Shown here piece by piece: positions 17,199 to 27,151 of a stretch of 64,000 nucleotides of DNA (position 1 is the first letter of the stretch; every line of letters starts with the position of its first letter). Position numbers and translations under genes: made by a program. This stretch comes from Alphaproteobacteria bacterium (lineage in GTDB: Bacteria > Pseudomonadota > Alphaproteobacteria > Bin95), in assembly GCA_964291285.2 (NCBI GenBank), contig OZ219787.1:480001-544000 (forward strand). The letters run 5' to 3'. The notes beneath the pieces were generated by a model. It was not told the origin of the DNA and made no database searches. It saw nothing but the letters and a program-made list of their open reading frames with translations.

Positions 17199-19523
17199 TC
17201 AAACCGCGCTCCGGCTGCTGCTGCACTGCGCGTCCCGGATGGCACGCCACACCCGCTCGGGCGTCAGCGGCATCTCGATGTGGCGGACGCCCAGCTCCCT
17301 CAGCGCGTGGCAGACGGCGTTGACGAGGAGGCCGAGCGCGGGCGTGGTGCCGCCTTCGCCGCCGGGGCGGATGCCGAAGGGATGCGAGCTTGCCGGCACC
17401 TCGGTTATCAGCGTGGCTATCGGCGGCACCGTGTCGGCGCGCGGCATGGCGTAGTCCATGAAGGAGCCGGTGAGCAGCTGGCCGTTCTCCGGCGTGTAGC
17501 AGACCGCCTCCATCAGCGCCTGGCCGAGGCCCTGCGCCACCGCGCCCTGCGCCTGTCCGTGCAGGATCAGCGGATTGACCGCAAGGCCCACATCGTCGAG
17601 AGCGGTCCAGGCGGCGACATGCACATGGCCCGTCTCGGGATCGACCTCGACCTCGCAGACATGCGCGCCGTAGGGATAGCCGCCGGACCGGTCGGTGATG
17701 TCGCCGATGCCTTCCAGCGGCCCGTCGGCGAGGGACGCGGCCTCCGCAAGGCCGAGGCTGGCGCCGCCCGCCGCATGGAAGGCGCCTCCGCGCCAGACGA
17801 TGTCCTCGGGTGCAGCCTGCAGCGCACGGGCGGCAACGGCCCTGCCCCGCTCCAGCAATGCGGCGACCGCCCTGTCGATGGCGATGCTGGCGAGCCGCAT
17901 GGAGCGGCCCGAATGCGAGCCGCCGCCGACCGACACCCGCTCCGTGTCGTTGCAGATGTAGCGGATGCGCTCGAAAGGCACGCCCAGCCAGTCCGCGGCC
18001 AGCTGCGGAAAGCTGGTCTCGTGGCCCTGCCCGCTGCTCATCGTGCCGACGACGAGTTCAATCGTGCCGTCCGCCAGCGCCCGGAGCTCCGCCCGCTCGC
18101 GGGGAATGCCGCTCGTCACTTCGATATAGCTGGCGACCGCGATGCCCCGGCGGAGCCCCCGCCGGCGGGACGCCGCGCGGCGCGCCTCGAAGCCCGCCCA
18201 GTCGGCCGCCTCGAGCGCCCCGTCCATGCCGGCGGCATAGTCGCCGCTGTCATAGGTGACGCCGACGGCGTTGGTGAACGGCATGGCGTCGGGCGCGATC
18301 AGGTTCCGCCGGCGCAGTTCGACCCGGTCGAAGCCGTGCTCCTCGGCCGCGCGGTCGATCAGCCGCTCGATCGTGTAGATGGCCTCGGGCCGGCCGGCGC
18401 TGCGATAGACGGCGGTCGGCGCCGTATTGGTCAGCACCGCATGGCCCCGGAAATGGACGGCGGGAATGCGGTAGGTCCCCTGCATCATCGAGAGGCCCTT
18501 GCGCAGCGGCCAGAAATAGACCGTGTAGGCGCCGAGATTGAGCGTGTTCACGCCCCGGAGCGCGAGGAAATTGCCGTTACCGTCGAGCGCCAGCGCCGCC
18601 TCGGAACGGAGGTCGCGGGCCTGATAGTCGGTCAGGAAACATTCGCGCCGGTCGGCCGTCCACTTCACCGGCCGCCCCGTTCGCCGCGCCGCCCAGGGCA
18701 TGAGCGCGAATTCCGGCGAAAAGGCGTTCCTGGTGCCGAAATTGCCGCCCATGTCGCCGAACACGGCCCGGCAGTTCTCCAGCGGCGCGCCGAGCACCGC
18801 CGCAAGCCGCTCGCGCGTCTGCACGGCGCCGCGCCCGGAGGCCGCCCGCAGGGTGTAGCGGTCCGCCGAGGGATCGTACTCGCCGACAACGGCGCGCGGC
18901 TCCATGGGCACGCCGTTGACGCGGTGGATATGGCTTTCGAGCGTCACGACATGGGTGGCTTCCGCAAAGGCCGCGTCCGCCGCCTCGCGGTCGCCGACCT
19001 CGCAGGTGAGCGCCAGGTTGTTCGCGCAGCCGGGCCAGAGTTGCGGCGCCCCGCCGCCCATGGCGGCCCGCGCATCCGTCACGGCCGGCAGGGGCTCGTA
19101 GTCCACCGCAACCAGCTCTGCCGCGTCGGCCGCGAGCGCCGCGGTTTCGGCCACGACCAGCGCCACGGCCTCGCCGCAATAGCGCACGGTATCGACCGGC
19201 AGGGGCAGGTTCGGCACAAGCGCAACCTCGAAGCCGTCCGGCAGGCTGAGTTCGACATCGGGTCCGCCCTGCCAGTCCGGATTGTGCGGGATCGGCCCCA
19301 TCCCGTCGGCGGCCGCATCGGCGCCCGTCAGCACGGCGAGCACGCCCGGCAGGGCCGCGGCGCGCGAGGTGTCGATCCCGCGCAGGCGGGCATGGGCATG
19401 GGGGCTGCGCAGGACGAAGGCATATGCCGCCCCTTCGGGCGTGAAGTCGTCGGCATAGCGGCCCTGGCCCGTCACCAGCCGGCTGTCCTCCACCCGTCTT
19501 CTCGGCTTGCCGATTTCGCTCAA
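17199..19523 (-). CDS. Xanthine dehydrogenase family molybdopterin-binding large subunit (form II CoxL-like)
   Basis: RRVED..LVTGQGRYADD, RSPHAHA, GGNFG, YRSAGRPE, GQGHET and GSFMDYAMPRA. Start (TTG) approximate. Confidence 0.9.
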   Translation of the reverse strand: MSEIGKPRRRVEDSRLVTGQGRYADDFTPEGAAYAFVLRSPHAHARLRGIDTSRAAALPGVLAVLTGADAAADGMGPIPHNPDWQGGPDVELSLPDGFEVALVPNLPLPVDTVRYCGEAVALVVAETAALAADAAELVAVDYEPLPAVTDARAAMGGGAPQLWPGCANNLALTCEVGDREAADAAFAEATHVVTLESHIHRVNGVPMEPRAVVGEYDPSADRYTLRAASGRGAVQTRERLAAVLGAPLENCRAVFGDMGGNFGTRNAFSPEFALMPWAARRTGRPVKWTADRRECFLTDYQARDLRSEAALALDGNGNFLALRGVNTLNLGAYTVYFWPLRKGLSMMQGTYRIPAVHFRGHAVLTNTAPTAVYRSAGRPEAIYTIERLIDRAAEEHGFDRVELRRRNLIAPDAMPFTNAVGVTYDSGDYAAGMDGALEAADWAGFEARRAASRRRGLRRGIAVASYIEVTSGIPRERAELRALADGTIELVVGTMSSGQGHETSFPQLAADWLGVPFERIRYICNDTERVSVGGGSHSGRSMRLASIAIDRAVAALLERGRAVAARALQAAPEDIVWRGGAFHAAGGASLGLAEAASLADGPLEGIGDITDRSGGYPYGAHVCEVEVDPETGHVHVAAWTALDDVGLAVNPLILHGQAQGAVAQGLGQALMEAVCYTPENGQLLTGSFMDYAMPRADTVPPIATLITEVPASSHPFGIRPGGEGGTTPALGLLVNAVCHALRELGVRHIEMPLTPERVWRAIRDAQCSSSRSAV

Positions 19524-19617
19524 CACCCCGACTCCCCCGCGCATCGGGTCATTCTTGGCAATGCCGGACGCTCCGGCAATGATGCGCTTCGTCCCGATTC
19601 ACGAACGGAGTGCCCCG

Positions 19618-20598
19618 GTGAAGGTCATCGACTCGCATGCCCATTACGTTCCCCAGACGGTGTTCGACACGCTTGCCAGGGGAGCGGCCCGCTTCGACGG
19701 GGTCGAATGCCTGCATGAGGACGGGCGCTTCCGCCTCGCCTTCGGGGGACGGGAGCCGACGCGGCCCGTCAATCCGAAGCTGCGCGAAGCCGATCAACGC
19801 TTGGCCTGGATGGACGGGCAGGGGCTGGACCGGCAGGTGGTCGCGCCCTGGACCGACAGCTTCGGCTACGAGCTGGAAGGCGGGACCGGGGCGGACTGGA
19901 ACCGCTTCTGCAACGAGGCGCTCTGGCGTGCCTGCGAGGGCGAGGAACGCCTGATCCCGCTGGCCGGCGTGCCGCTGCAGGACGGCGAGCGCGCCGCCGA
20001 GGCGCTCTGCGAAGCGCTCGACCACGGCTTCCGCGGCTTCATGATCGGCACGCAGCCTCATGGCGATTCCGGCATGCTCGACGACCCGTCGCTGGAGCCC
20101 TTCTGGGCGGCGGCGCATGAGCGCGGGGCCGTGCTCTATATCCACCCGATGTATGTGACGAGCGACCCGCGCGTCGTGGATTACGACATGGTCAATGCGG
20201 TCGGCAGGCTGGCGGACACGACGGTGGCCGTGGCGCGGATCCTGTTTTCGGGCCACGTGCTGAAATATTCGGGCGCGAAGCTGATCCTGAGCCATGGCGG
20301 CGCGGCGCTGCCCTTCGCGCTCGGCCGGCTGGCCAGGAACGTCGAGGCCCATCCGGGCCAGTACGCCGACCCGGCGGAAGGCCTCTCGCGGCTCTTTGTG
20401 GACAGCTGCGTGTTCCGGCCGGACGCGCTGCGCTTCCTGGTGGACCTGATGGGGGCGGAGCGCGTGATGCTGGGCTCCGACTATCCCTTCCCGATCGGCG
20501 ACCCGGAGCCCCGGAAGGTCGTGGACGACACGCCGCTCACGGAAGCCGAACGGGCCGAAATCCTGTCCGGTTCGACAGCGCGTTTGCTCGGGTTGTGA
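19618..20598 (+). CDS. Amidohydrolase_2 family protein (ACMSD-like decarboxylase/hydratase)
   Basis: IDSHAH, YIHP, SHGGAALP and VMLGSDYPF. Confidence 0.88.
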   Translation: MKVIDSHAHYVPQTVFDTLARGAARFDGVECLHEDGRFRLAFGGREPTRPVNPKLREADQRLAWMDGQGLDRQVVAPWTDSFGYELEGGTGADWNRFCNEALWRACEGEERLIPLAGVPLQDGERAAEALCEALDHGFRGFMIGTQPHGDSGMLDDPSLEPFWAAAHERGAVLYIHPMYVTSDPRVVDYDMVNAVGRLADTTVAVARILFSGHVLKYSGAKLILSHGGAALPFALGRLARNVEAHPGQYADPAEGLSRLFVDSCVFRPDALRFLVDLMGAERVMLGSDYPFPIGDPEPRKVVDDTPLTEAERAEILSGSTARLLGL

Positions 20599-20656
20599 GG
20601 TGACATCCCGGCAAACCGCACTAGATTCCGGGAGATGGCTACCGGGAGGCCCGACG

Positions 20657-22240
20657 ATGCACCAGGGCTGGATCAGGGCCGTCAGCGTCGAGGAGCTTCG
20701 CCGCAAGGGCCGGACGGTCTTCCGGCTGGACGGCCGCCAGATCGCTCTCTTCGACACCGTGAAGGGCATCCGCGCCTGCAACAACCGCTGCCCGCATGAG
20801 GGCTATCCGCTGCGCGAAGGCACGCTCGACGCCGACTGCCTGCTCACCTGCAACTGGCACAACTGGAAGTTCGACCTGGAAACGGGAGAGAACCAGCGCG
20901 ACGGCGACAGGCTGCGCGTCTATCCGGTCGAGGTCCGCGACGGCGATGTGTGGGTCGAGATCGTCGATCCGCCCGTCGAGGAGCGCCTGTCGAAATCGCT
21001 TGAGGACCTGAAGCAGGGCTTCCGCGACCACGACTACGAACGGCTGGCGCGCGAGATCGCCCGGATCGCGCAGCTTGGCGTCGATCCCGCACGCGCCGTA
21101 AAGGAAGCGATCCGCTGGTCGCATGACAGGCTGGAATTCGGCTGGACGCATGCCTATGCCGGTGCGGCGGACTGGCTGACGCTTTACGACGAGCATGAGG
21201 ACGGGTCCGAAGACCGCCTCATCTGCCTGCTGGAGTCTGTCGGCCACATGGCCGAGGACACGCTGCGGGAGCGGCGCTACCCCTATGCCGAAGGCGTCGA
21301 GGCATGGGACGAGGAGGCTTTCTGCCGGGCGGTCGAGGAGGAAGACGAGGCGCGCGCCATCTGCCTGACCCGCGGCGCGGTCGCGACCGGCGATGCCTGG
21401 GGCGCCATGGAGCGCGGGCTGGCCCGGGCCGCGCTCGCCCACTATGCCGATTTCGGCCACTCCGCCATCTATGCGACCAAGGCCGGCGCACTGATCCGCC
21501 GGCTGGGCAAGGACATCGCCGAGCCGGTCCTGCTTTCGCTGGTAAGGGGGCTGGTGTCGGCCTTCCGCGAGGACCTGATCCCCGAATTCCGCGGCTACGG
21601 CGCGGCGCTGGAAAAATTCGGATCGGAACCGAACGGGGCGGCGCCCGCCGCGGCCGACTATGACGGCCTGAACGCCGACAGGGCGATGGCGTTCACCGCC
21701 CGGCACGGCAGCGCGCCGGCGCTCGACCTTTTCCGCAGCCTGCTCGGGGCCAATGCACTCAACATGGTGCGCTTCAACATCAGGCACCTGGACGACCTCG
21801 ACCAGCCCTATGGAAGCGATTTCGGCTGGCTCGACCTGACCCACGGGCTGACCTTTGCCGAAGCGGTGTTGGGTCTCTGTTCCAGATTTCCGGAGCTGTG
21901 GCCGTCGGGACTACTGCAGATGGCCTGTTTCGCCGGCCGCAATATCGGGCATCAGGACGAGCAGGTGGACCCGGACGACTGGACGATTGCCGACCCGGAC
22001 GCCTTTTTCGCCGAGACCGGGCGCACGCTCCTCGACCACGGCCAGGACCGGTACATCGTCTCCGTCCATCTGGTGAAAACGGCGTCATCGGTGCGCCGCC
22101 TGCTGGCTTCGGGCGAGGCGGGACGGTCCGGCGAACTGGCGCTCGCCGCCCTCAACCGCCTGCTGCATTCGCCGGTGCGCCGCAAGATGGTGCGCCGCAC
22201 GGCGCGCCAGGCCATGCGCTTCGTCGAGACCGACATTTAG
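20657..22240 (+). CDS. Rieske [2Fe-2S] domain fused to a long uncharacterised helical domain
   Basis: N-terminal CPH...CNWH Rieske motif; C-terminal region with FGWTHA, DFGHSAIY and WLDLTHGLTFA. Confidence 0.8.
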   Translation: MHQGWIRAVSVEELRRKGRTVFRLDGRQIALFDTVKGIRACNNRCPHEGYPLREGTLDADCLLTCNWHNWKFDLETGENQRDGDRLRVYPVEVRDGDVWVEIVDPPVEERLSKSLEDLKQGFRDHDYERLAREIARIAQLGVDPARAVKEAIRWSHDRLEFGWTHAYAGAADWLTLYDEHEDGSEDRLICLLESVGHMAEDTLRERRYPYAEGVEAWDEEAFCRAVEEEDEARAICLTRGAVATGDAWGAMERGLARAALAHYADFGHSAIYATKAGALIRRLGKDIAEPVLLSLVRGLVSAFREDLIPEFRGYGAALEKFGSEPNGAAPAAADYDGLNADRAMAFTARHGSAPALDLFRSLLGANALNMVRFNIRHLDDLDQPYGSDFGWLDLTHGLTFAEAVLGLCSRFPELWPSGLLQMACFAGRNIGHQDEQVDPDDWTIADPDAFFAETGRTLLDHGQDRYIVSVHLVKTASSVRRLLASGEAGRSGELALAALNRLLHSPVRRKMVRRTARQAMRFVETDI

Positions 22241-22394
22241 GTGCTTTGAACCGCTCCCGTCGCGCAATCGGCTCGGGTGGATTGCGGACGCCCGGGTTCC
22301 GGCGTGTAATGCCTCCGGGAGGATATCGCAGCAGCAGCGGCGGTCGGCCGGTAGTGCGGCGGAATCCAAGCATAACCCGGAAGGAGACAGGACC

Positions 22395-23990
22395 ATGCCG
22401 AACCCACCTCGCAACTGGTTGGCCCGAAGGGCGCGGGGCGTCGTGCCGGCGGCTGCGCTCAGCCTCGCTCTCGCCTTCCCGGCAGCGGGACAGACCGAGC
22501 TCAATGTGGCCATCCACGCCGACCTGAAGAACATCGACCCGATCTGGACCACCGCGCTCATCACCAGCAATCACGGCTACGCGGTCTACGACACGCTGTT
22601 CGCCACGGACGCGGATTTCAACGTCCAGCCGCAGATGGCGGAAGGCTACACGGTGAGCGATGACGGACTCGTTTACACCATCACGCTTCGCGAGGGCCTC
22701 AACTGGCATGACGGCACCCCGGTGACCGCGAAGGACTGCGTGGCGTCCATCAGGCGGTGGGGCCAGCGCGACGTGTTCGGACAGCTCCTCATGGAGCGGG
22801 TCGACACGATGGTGGCGGCGGACGACCGCACCATCGTGATGACGCTCAAGAACCCCTGGGCTCTGGCCATCGCCGCCCTCGGCAAGAAGAACGCGAATGT
22901 GCCTTTCATGATGCCGGAGCGGGTCGCGATGACCGATCCGCATGAGCAGATCAAGGAGATGGTCGGCTCGGGGCCCTTCAGGATTCTGGAGGATGAATGG
23001 GTGCCCGGCAGCAAGGTCGTTTACGAGAAGAACGCGGACTATGTGCCGCGAGACGAACCTGCAAGCGAGACGGCGGGTGGCAAGGTCGTCCATTTTGACC
23101 GCCTTGTCTGGCAGTACATTCCCGACTCGCAGACCACGGCGAACGCGCTCGTCGCGGGCGAGATCGACCTCATCGAGAACGTCCCGGCAGACCTCGTGCC
23201 ACAGCTCAACGCCGCCGAAGGCGTCACCGTGGAGCCGACGGACGGGCTCGGCTGGCAGCCCTGGCTGGTCATCAACCACCTGCACCCGCCCTTCGACAAT
23301 GTGAAGGCCCGCCAGGCCCTCCAGCTCATGGCGGACCAGGCCACCTACCAGCTGGCGAACAGCTCGCTGGAAGGCTCGTGGCGCACTTGTCCAGCGATGT
23401 TCATCTGCGACACGCCGCATGCCAGCGACCTCGGGTCCGAACGCCTCATGCAGCAGAATCTCGAGGAAGCGAAGAAGCTGCTCGCCGAGTCCGGCTACAA
23501 CGGGGAGCCCGTCGTTCTGCTGCACCCGACGGACATCCCGCAGCTCCACTCCGCAAGCCTGGTGAGCGCCGCCCTCCTCAGGGAAATCGGCGTCAATGTG
23601 GACGACCAGGCGATGGACTGGTCCACCCTCACCTCGCGCCGGGCCGAGAAGAAGGCCCCGGCCGACGGCGGCTGGAACCTGTTCCACACGGCCTGGCCGG
23701 CGAACATGCTGCTTAACCCGATGATGCACAACGGCGTCTCGGGCGCCTGCGACGCCGCCTGGTTCGGTTGGCCCTGCGACGAGGAACTCCAGGAACTCAG
23801 GGCGAAATTCTCCAATGAAGCCGACCCGGAGACGCTGGTCACGCTTTCCCGGCGGATGCAGGAGCGCGCGATGGAATATGTCACCTACATTCCTCTGGGG
23901 CAGTATTTCTTCTACCGCGCCTACCGGAACGAGGTGAGCGGAGTCATCCCCTCCACCGACGCCTTCTTCTGGAACATCCGGAAGAATTAG
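22395..23990 (+). CDS. ABC transporter substrate-binding protein, family 5 (no permease or ATPase adjacent)
   Basis: IDPIWTTA, YDTLF, LREGL.WHDG, GSGPF and PPFDNVKARQA. Confidence 0.92.
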   Translation: MPNPPRNWLARRARGVVPAAALSLALAFPAAGQTELNVAIHADLKNIDPIWTTALITSNHGYAVYDTLFATDADFNVQPQMAEGYTVSDDGLVYTITLREGLNWHDGTPVTAKDCVASIRRWGQRDVFGQLLMERVDTMVAADDRTIVMTLKNPWALAIAALGKKNANVPFMMPERVAMTDPHEQIKEMVGSGPFRILEDEWVPGSKVVYEKNADYVPRDEPASETAGGKVVHFDRLVWQYIPDSQTTANALVAGEIDLIENVPADLVPQLNAAEGVTVEPTDGLGWQPWLVINHLHPPFDNVKARQALQLMADQATYQLANSSLEGSWRTCPAMFICDTPHASDLGSERLMQQNLEEAKKLLAESGYNGEPVVLLHPTDIPQLHSASLVSAALLREIGVNVDDQAMDWSTLTSRRAEKKAPADGGWNLFHTAWPANMLLNPMMHNGVSGACDAAWFGWPCDEELQELRAKFSNEADPETLVTLSRRMQERAMEYVTYIPLGQYFFYRAYRNEVSGVIPSTDAFFWNIRKN

Positions 23991-24073
23991 GCCGCCTTTG
24001 TTGCCGCCCGTCCGCCGCCGCCGAAACCGCGGGCGGCGGGCGGGTCCGGCAAGTGAAATTGGAGAACGACGCC

Positions 24074-25486
24074 ATGCAGGACGAGGACCTCTGTTTTCGC
24101 TCCGCGGTCGATCTCGCCGCCGACATCCGCGCCCGCCGCCTCTCGCCGGTGGAGCTTGCACAAGCGGTGATCGCCCGGATCGAAGCGCTCAATCCGGCCC
24201 TCAACTGCTTCTGCACGCCGACGCCGGAAATCGCGCTGGAGCAGGCGAAGGCGGCGGAAGAGGCAGTCATGCGCGGCCGGCCCCTCGGCCTGCTGCACGG
24301 CATTCCCTATTCGATCAAGGACATGCAGCCGACACGAGGCGTGCGCACCATGCGCGGTTCGAAGATTCTCGAGAACAACGTCCCGGAAGACGACACGCCG
24401 CTTGAGCGGCGCCTCGGGGAGGCCGGGGGTGTCTTCCTCGGCAAGACGACGACGCCGGAGTTCGGCTGGAAGGGGGCGACCGACAGTCCCGTCACCGGCA
24501 TCACCCGGAACCCATGGAACCTGGAGCGCACGCCCGGCGGGTCGAGCGGCGGCGCCTCGGCCCAGATTGCGGCGGGCCTGGGGCCGCTCGCGCAGGGCGG
24601 CGACGGCGGCGGCTCGATCCGCATACCGTCCTCCTTCGCAGGCATTTTCGGCATCAAGCCGACCATCGGCCTCGTGCCCTATGTGCCTATGCCGCATAAC
24701 GGCCTCCTGTCCCATCTCGGGCCGATGACCCGCACCGTGTCCGACGCCGCTCTCATGCTGAGCGCCATCGCCGGCTACGACCCGGCCGACAGGTTCAGCC
24801 AGCCGGGGCCGCAGCAGGACTTCCTTGCCGGCCTGCATGACGGGGTCGCCGGCCTCAGGGTGTTCTGGAGCCCGACCCTGGGCTATGCGGAAGTGGACCC
24901 GGAAGTCGCGGAAGCGACGGCGCGGGCGGCCGCCCGTTTCGTGGAACTCGGCGCCGAGGTGGAGGAAGGCGACCCCGGCATCGGCAATGCGACCGATTTC
25001 TTCGTCGTGCTGTACCAGAGCGCCGTCGCCGGTGGCCTGGTGCAGTATCTCGACGAGTGGGAGTCCGAGATGGACCCCGGCCTCGTGCATATGGTGCGCC
25101 GGGGGATGGAATACAGCGCGGTCGACTATGTGCAGGCGCGGATCGAGCGGCTCGCCTTTTGCGACCGGCTGGCCCGGTTCTTCGAAAGCTACGACCTGCT
25201 TCTCACGCCTGCGACCGCCGTTCCGGCATTCCCGGTGAGCCAGGTGGCGCCCGAGCCCGGCCGGTTCGAGGCCGAAGACCTGTTTGCGTGGACTCCGTTC
25301 AGCTTCCCGTTCAACGCCTCAGGCAATCCGGCAGCGAGCGTGCCCTGCGGCTTCACCCGGGACGGGCTGCCCATCGGCCTCCAGATCGTGGGCCGGCTCC
25401 ATGAGGACCAGCGGGTGCTGCAGGCCGCCGCCGCTTTCGAACGTATCGCGCCCTGGGCCGACCGCCGTCCCGAAATTCCGGCCTAG
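24074..25486 (+). CDS. Amidase signature family protein
   Basis: SIKD, TPGGSSGGAS and DGGGSIRIP (Lys-cisSer-Ser triad). Confidence 0.92.
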   Translation: MQDEDLCFRSAVDLAADIRARRLSPVELAQAVIARIEALNPALNCFCTPTPEIALEQAKAAEEAVMRGRPLGLLHGIPYSIKDMQPTRGVRTMRGSKILENNVPEDDTPLERRLGEAGGVFLGKTTTPEFGWKGATDSPVTGITRNPWNLERTPGGSSGGASAQIAAGLGPLAQGGDGGGSIRIPSSFAGIFGIKPTIGLVPYVPMPHNGLLSHLGPMTRTVSDAALMLSAIAGYDPADRFSQPGPQQDFLAGLHDGVAGLRVFWSPTLGYAEVDPEVAEATARAAARFVELGAEVEEGDPGIGNATDFFVVLYQSAVAGGLVQYLDEWESEMDPGLVHMVRRGMEYSAVDYVQARIERLAFCDRLARFFESYDLLLTPATAVPAFPVSQVAPEPGRFEAEDLFAWTPFSFPFNASGNPAASVPCGFTRDGLPIGLQIVGRLHEDQRVLQAAAAFERIAPWADRRPEIPA

Positions 25487-26109
25487 TAGATCGTCTTCTC
25501 CAGCTCGGCCGAATAGGCGCGATCCCAGGATTTCGCCTCGAACTCGCCCTCGGTGTCGAGCGCTTCCATGATCTCGCCGAGAGTCGGCAGGGAGTCGCGG
25601 GGCACGCGCGTTTCCGGGCGCCAGAGGCGGGAGCGGACGAGCGCCTTCGGACACTGGATATAGACCCGGTCCACGGCGACCGAGAGCACGCTGCGCGGCA
25701 ACTGCCCCCTCATCTCGAAACGCGCCAGCAACTCCGGGTCCGTGCCGATGCGCCCGCGTCCGTTGATGCGCAGCGTCTCGCCGACGCCCGGAATGAGGAA
25801 GAGCAGCGAGACGCGCGGGTCACGGACGATATTGCGCAGGCTGTCGAGCCGGTTGTTGCCGCGCCGGTCGGGCAGCAGCACGGTCTTCGAATCCTGCACC
25901 TGCACGAACCCGGCCGGGTCGCCGCGCGGGCTGCAGTCGAGCCCTTCCGGCCCGACCGTCGCCAGCACGACGAAGGGCGCTGCGTCGATGAAGGCGCGGT
26001 AGTGGTCAGAGATATGGTCGATCTCCTTGAGGATCGCGCGCCGCCTGGGAGGCATCTCGTAGAGCGCCTCCAGTTCGGCCTCGCTCCTGATCCATCCGTT
26101 CGACTGCAT
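25483..26109 (-). CDS. Pyridoxamine 5'-phosphate oxidase-related FMN-binding protein
   Basis: DCSPRGD, LPDRRGNNRLDSLRN and CPKALVRSRLW. Confidence 0.88.
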   Translation of the reverse strand: MQSNGWIRSEAELEALYEMPPRRRAILKEIDHISDHYRAFIDAAPFVVLATVGPEGLDCSPRGDPAGFVQVQDSKTVLLPDRRGNNRLDSLRNIVRDPRVSLLFLIPGVGETLRINGRGRIGTDPELLARFEMRGQLPRSVLSVAVDRVYIQCPKALVRSRLWRPETRVPRDSLPTLGEIMEALDTEGEFEAKSWDRAYSAELEKTIY

Positions 26110-26141
26110 GGCGTTTCCTCCTCCCTGGGGCGCGCCGCGGC

Positions 26142-27062
26142 TCAAGCCATCGGCATTCCCGCATGGACGCTGCGGGAGTTCGCGATTTCGTAGAATTGGC
26201 CCGAAAGCGACGGCATGGCGACCTCGGCAATGCTCTCCGGCGTCCAGTTGCCGTTGCGGTGGACCGTGCGCACGGGGCGGGAATGGCCGTAAAGCGTGAG
26301 TTCGCCCGCGCGCTGGTGGAACACCTGGCCGTTGACATAGCCCGCCTCTTCCGAGGCGAGGAAGGTGCAGAGCGGGGCGATGGCGTCCGCGCGGCTGAGC
26401 CTCAGGCGCTCGTCCCGGATCGCTGCCGCCGCGGGGTCCTTCGGCGTTGGCACGCTGCGGGTCATGCGGGTGTCGGCCGAGGGCGCGATGACATTCGCGG
26501 TCACGTTCTTCGATGCGTTCTCCATCGCCACGATGCGCGCGAGCGCCACGATGCCGAGCTTCGCCGCGCCGTAGTTCGCCTGGCCGATATTGCCGAGCAG
26601 GCCGGAGGTCGAGGAGACCATGATGATGCGCCCGTATTCCTGCTCGCGGAACAGGTTGATCGCCGCCCGGTTGACATTGAAGTGGCCGGTCAGGTGGACG
26701 TCGATGACCGCCTGCCAGTCTTCCGGCGACATCTTGTGGAACATGCGGTCGCGCAGGATGCCGGCGGGATTGAAGACGATATGCAGCCCGCCGAACTCGT
26801 CGCGGGCCTGCTGCACCATGTCGAGGCAGTCCTCGAATTTGGCCACCGAGCCGAAATTGGCGGCCGCCTGGCCGCCCGCCGCCCTGATCTCATCGGCGAT
26901 CTCCTGGGCCGGTGTCCGGTCGCCGCCCTCGCCGCCGCCGCCGACGCCGGGATCGTTGACAATGACGCTCGCGCCGTTCGCGGCCATCATCTTCGCCACT
27001 TCGGCGCCGACGCCGCGCCCCGAACCGGTGCAGATCGCAACCCGCCCTTCCAGCATTCCCAT
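26142..27062 (-). CDS. SDR family 3-hydroxyacyl-CoA dehydrogenase-like oxidoreductase
   Basis: TGSGRGVG, AGILRDRMF and GQANYGAAK. Confidence 0.9.
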   Translation of the reverse strand: MGMLEGRVAICTGSGRGVGAEVAKMMAANGASVIVNDPGVGGGGEGGDRTPAQEIADEIRAAGGQAAANFGSVAKFEDCLDMVQQARDEFGGLHIVFNPAGILRDRMFHKMSPEDWQAVIDVHLTGHFNVNRAAINLFREQEYGRIIMVSSTSGLLGNIGQANYGAAKLGIVALARIVAMENASKNVTANVIAPSADTRMTRSVPTPKDPAAAAIRDERLRLSRADAIAPLCTFLASEEAGYVNGQVFHQRAGELTLYGHSRPVRTVHRNGNWTPESIAEVAMPSLSGQFYEIANSRSVHAGMPMA

Positions 27063-27151
27063 CGAACCGTCTCCCCTCCATATTTCCGGCAGCCCAATGC
27101 CCCGCCGCGAATGTGCGGGCTATTGCACCGCCTGTCAAAACCCGCTGCGCC

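Noticed and set aside
17199-19523. Aerobic CO dehydrogenase (form I CoxL)
   Set aside because: The active-site loop is VYRSAGR, not AYxCSFR, and there is no adjacent coxMS.
16800-19718. 972-aa + strand ORF and many other long ORFs (e.g. 6851-9430, 30370-32712, 32947-35868, 57385-59682, 60564-62903)
   Set aside because: Antisense or off-frame shadows of clear genes in high-GC DNA; Arg/Ala/Gly-rich with no motifs.
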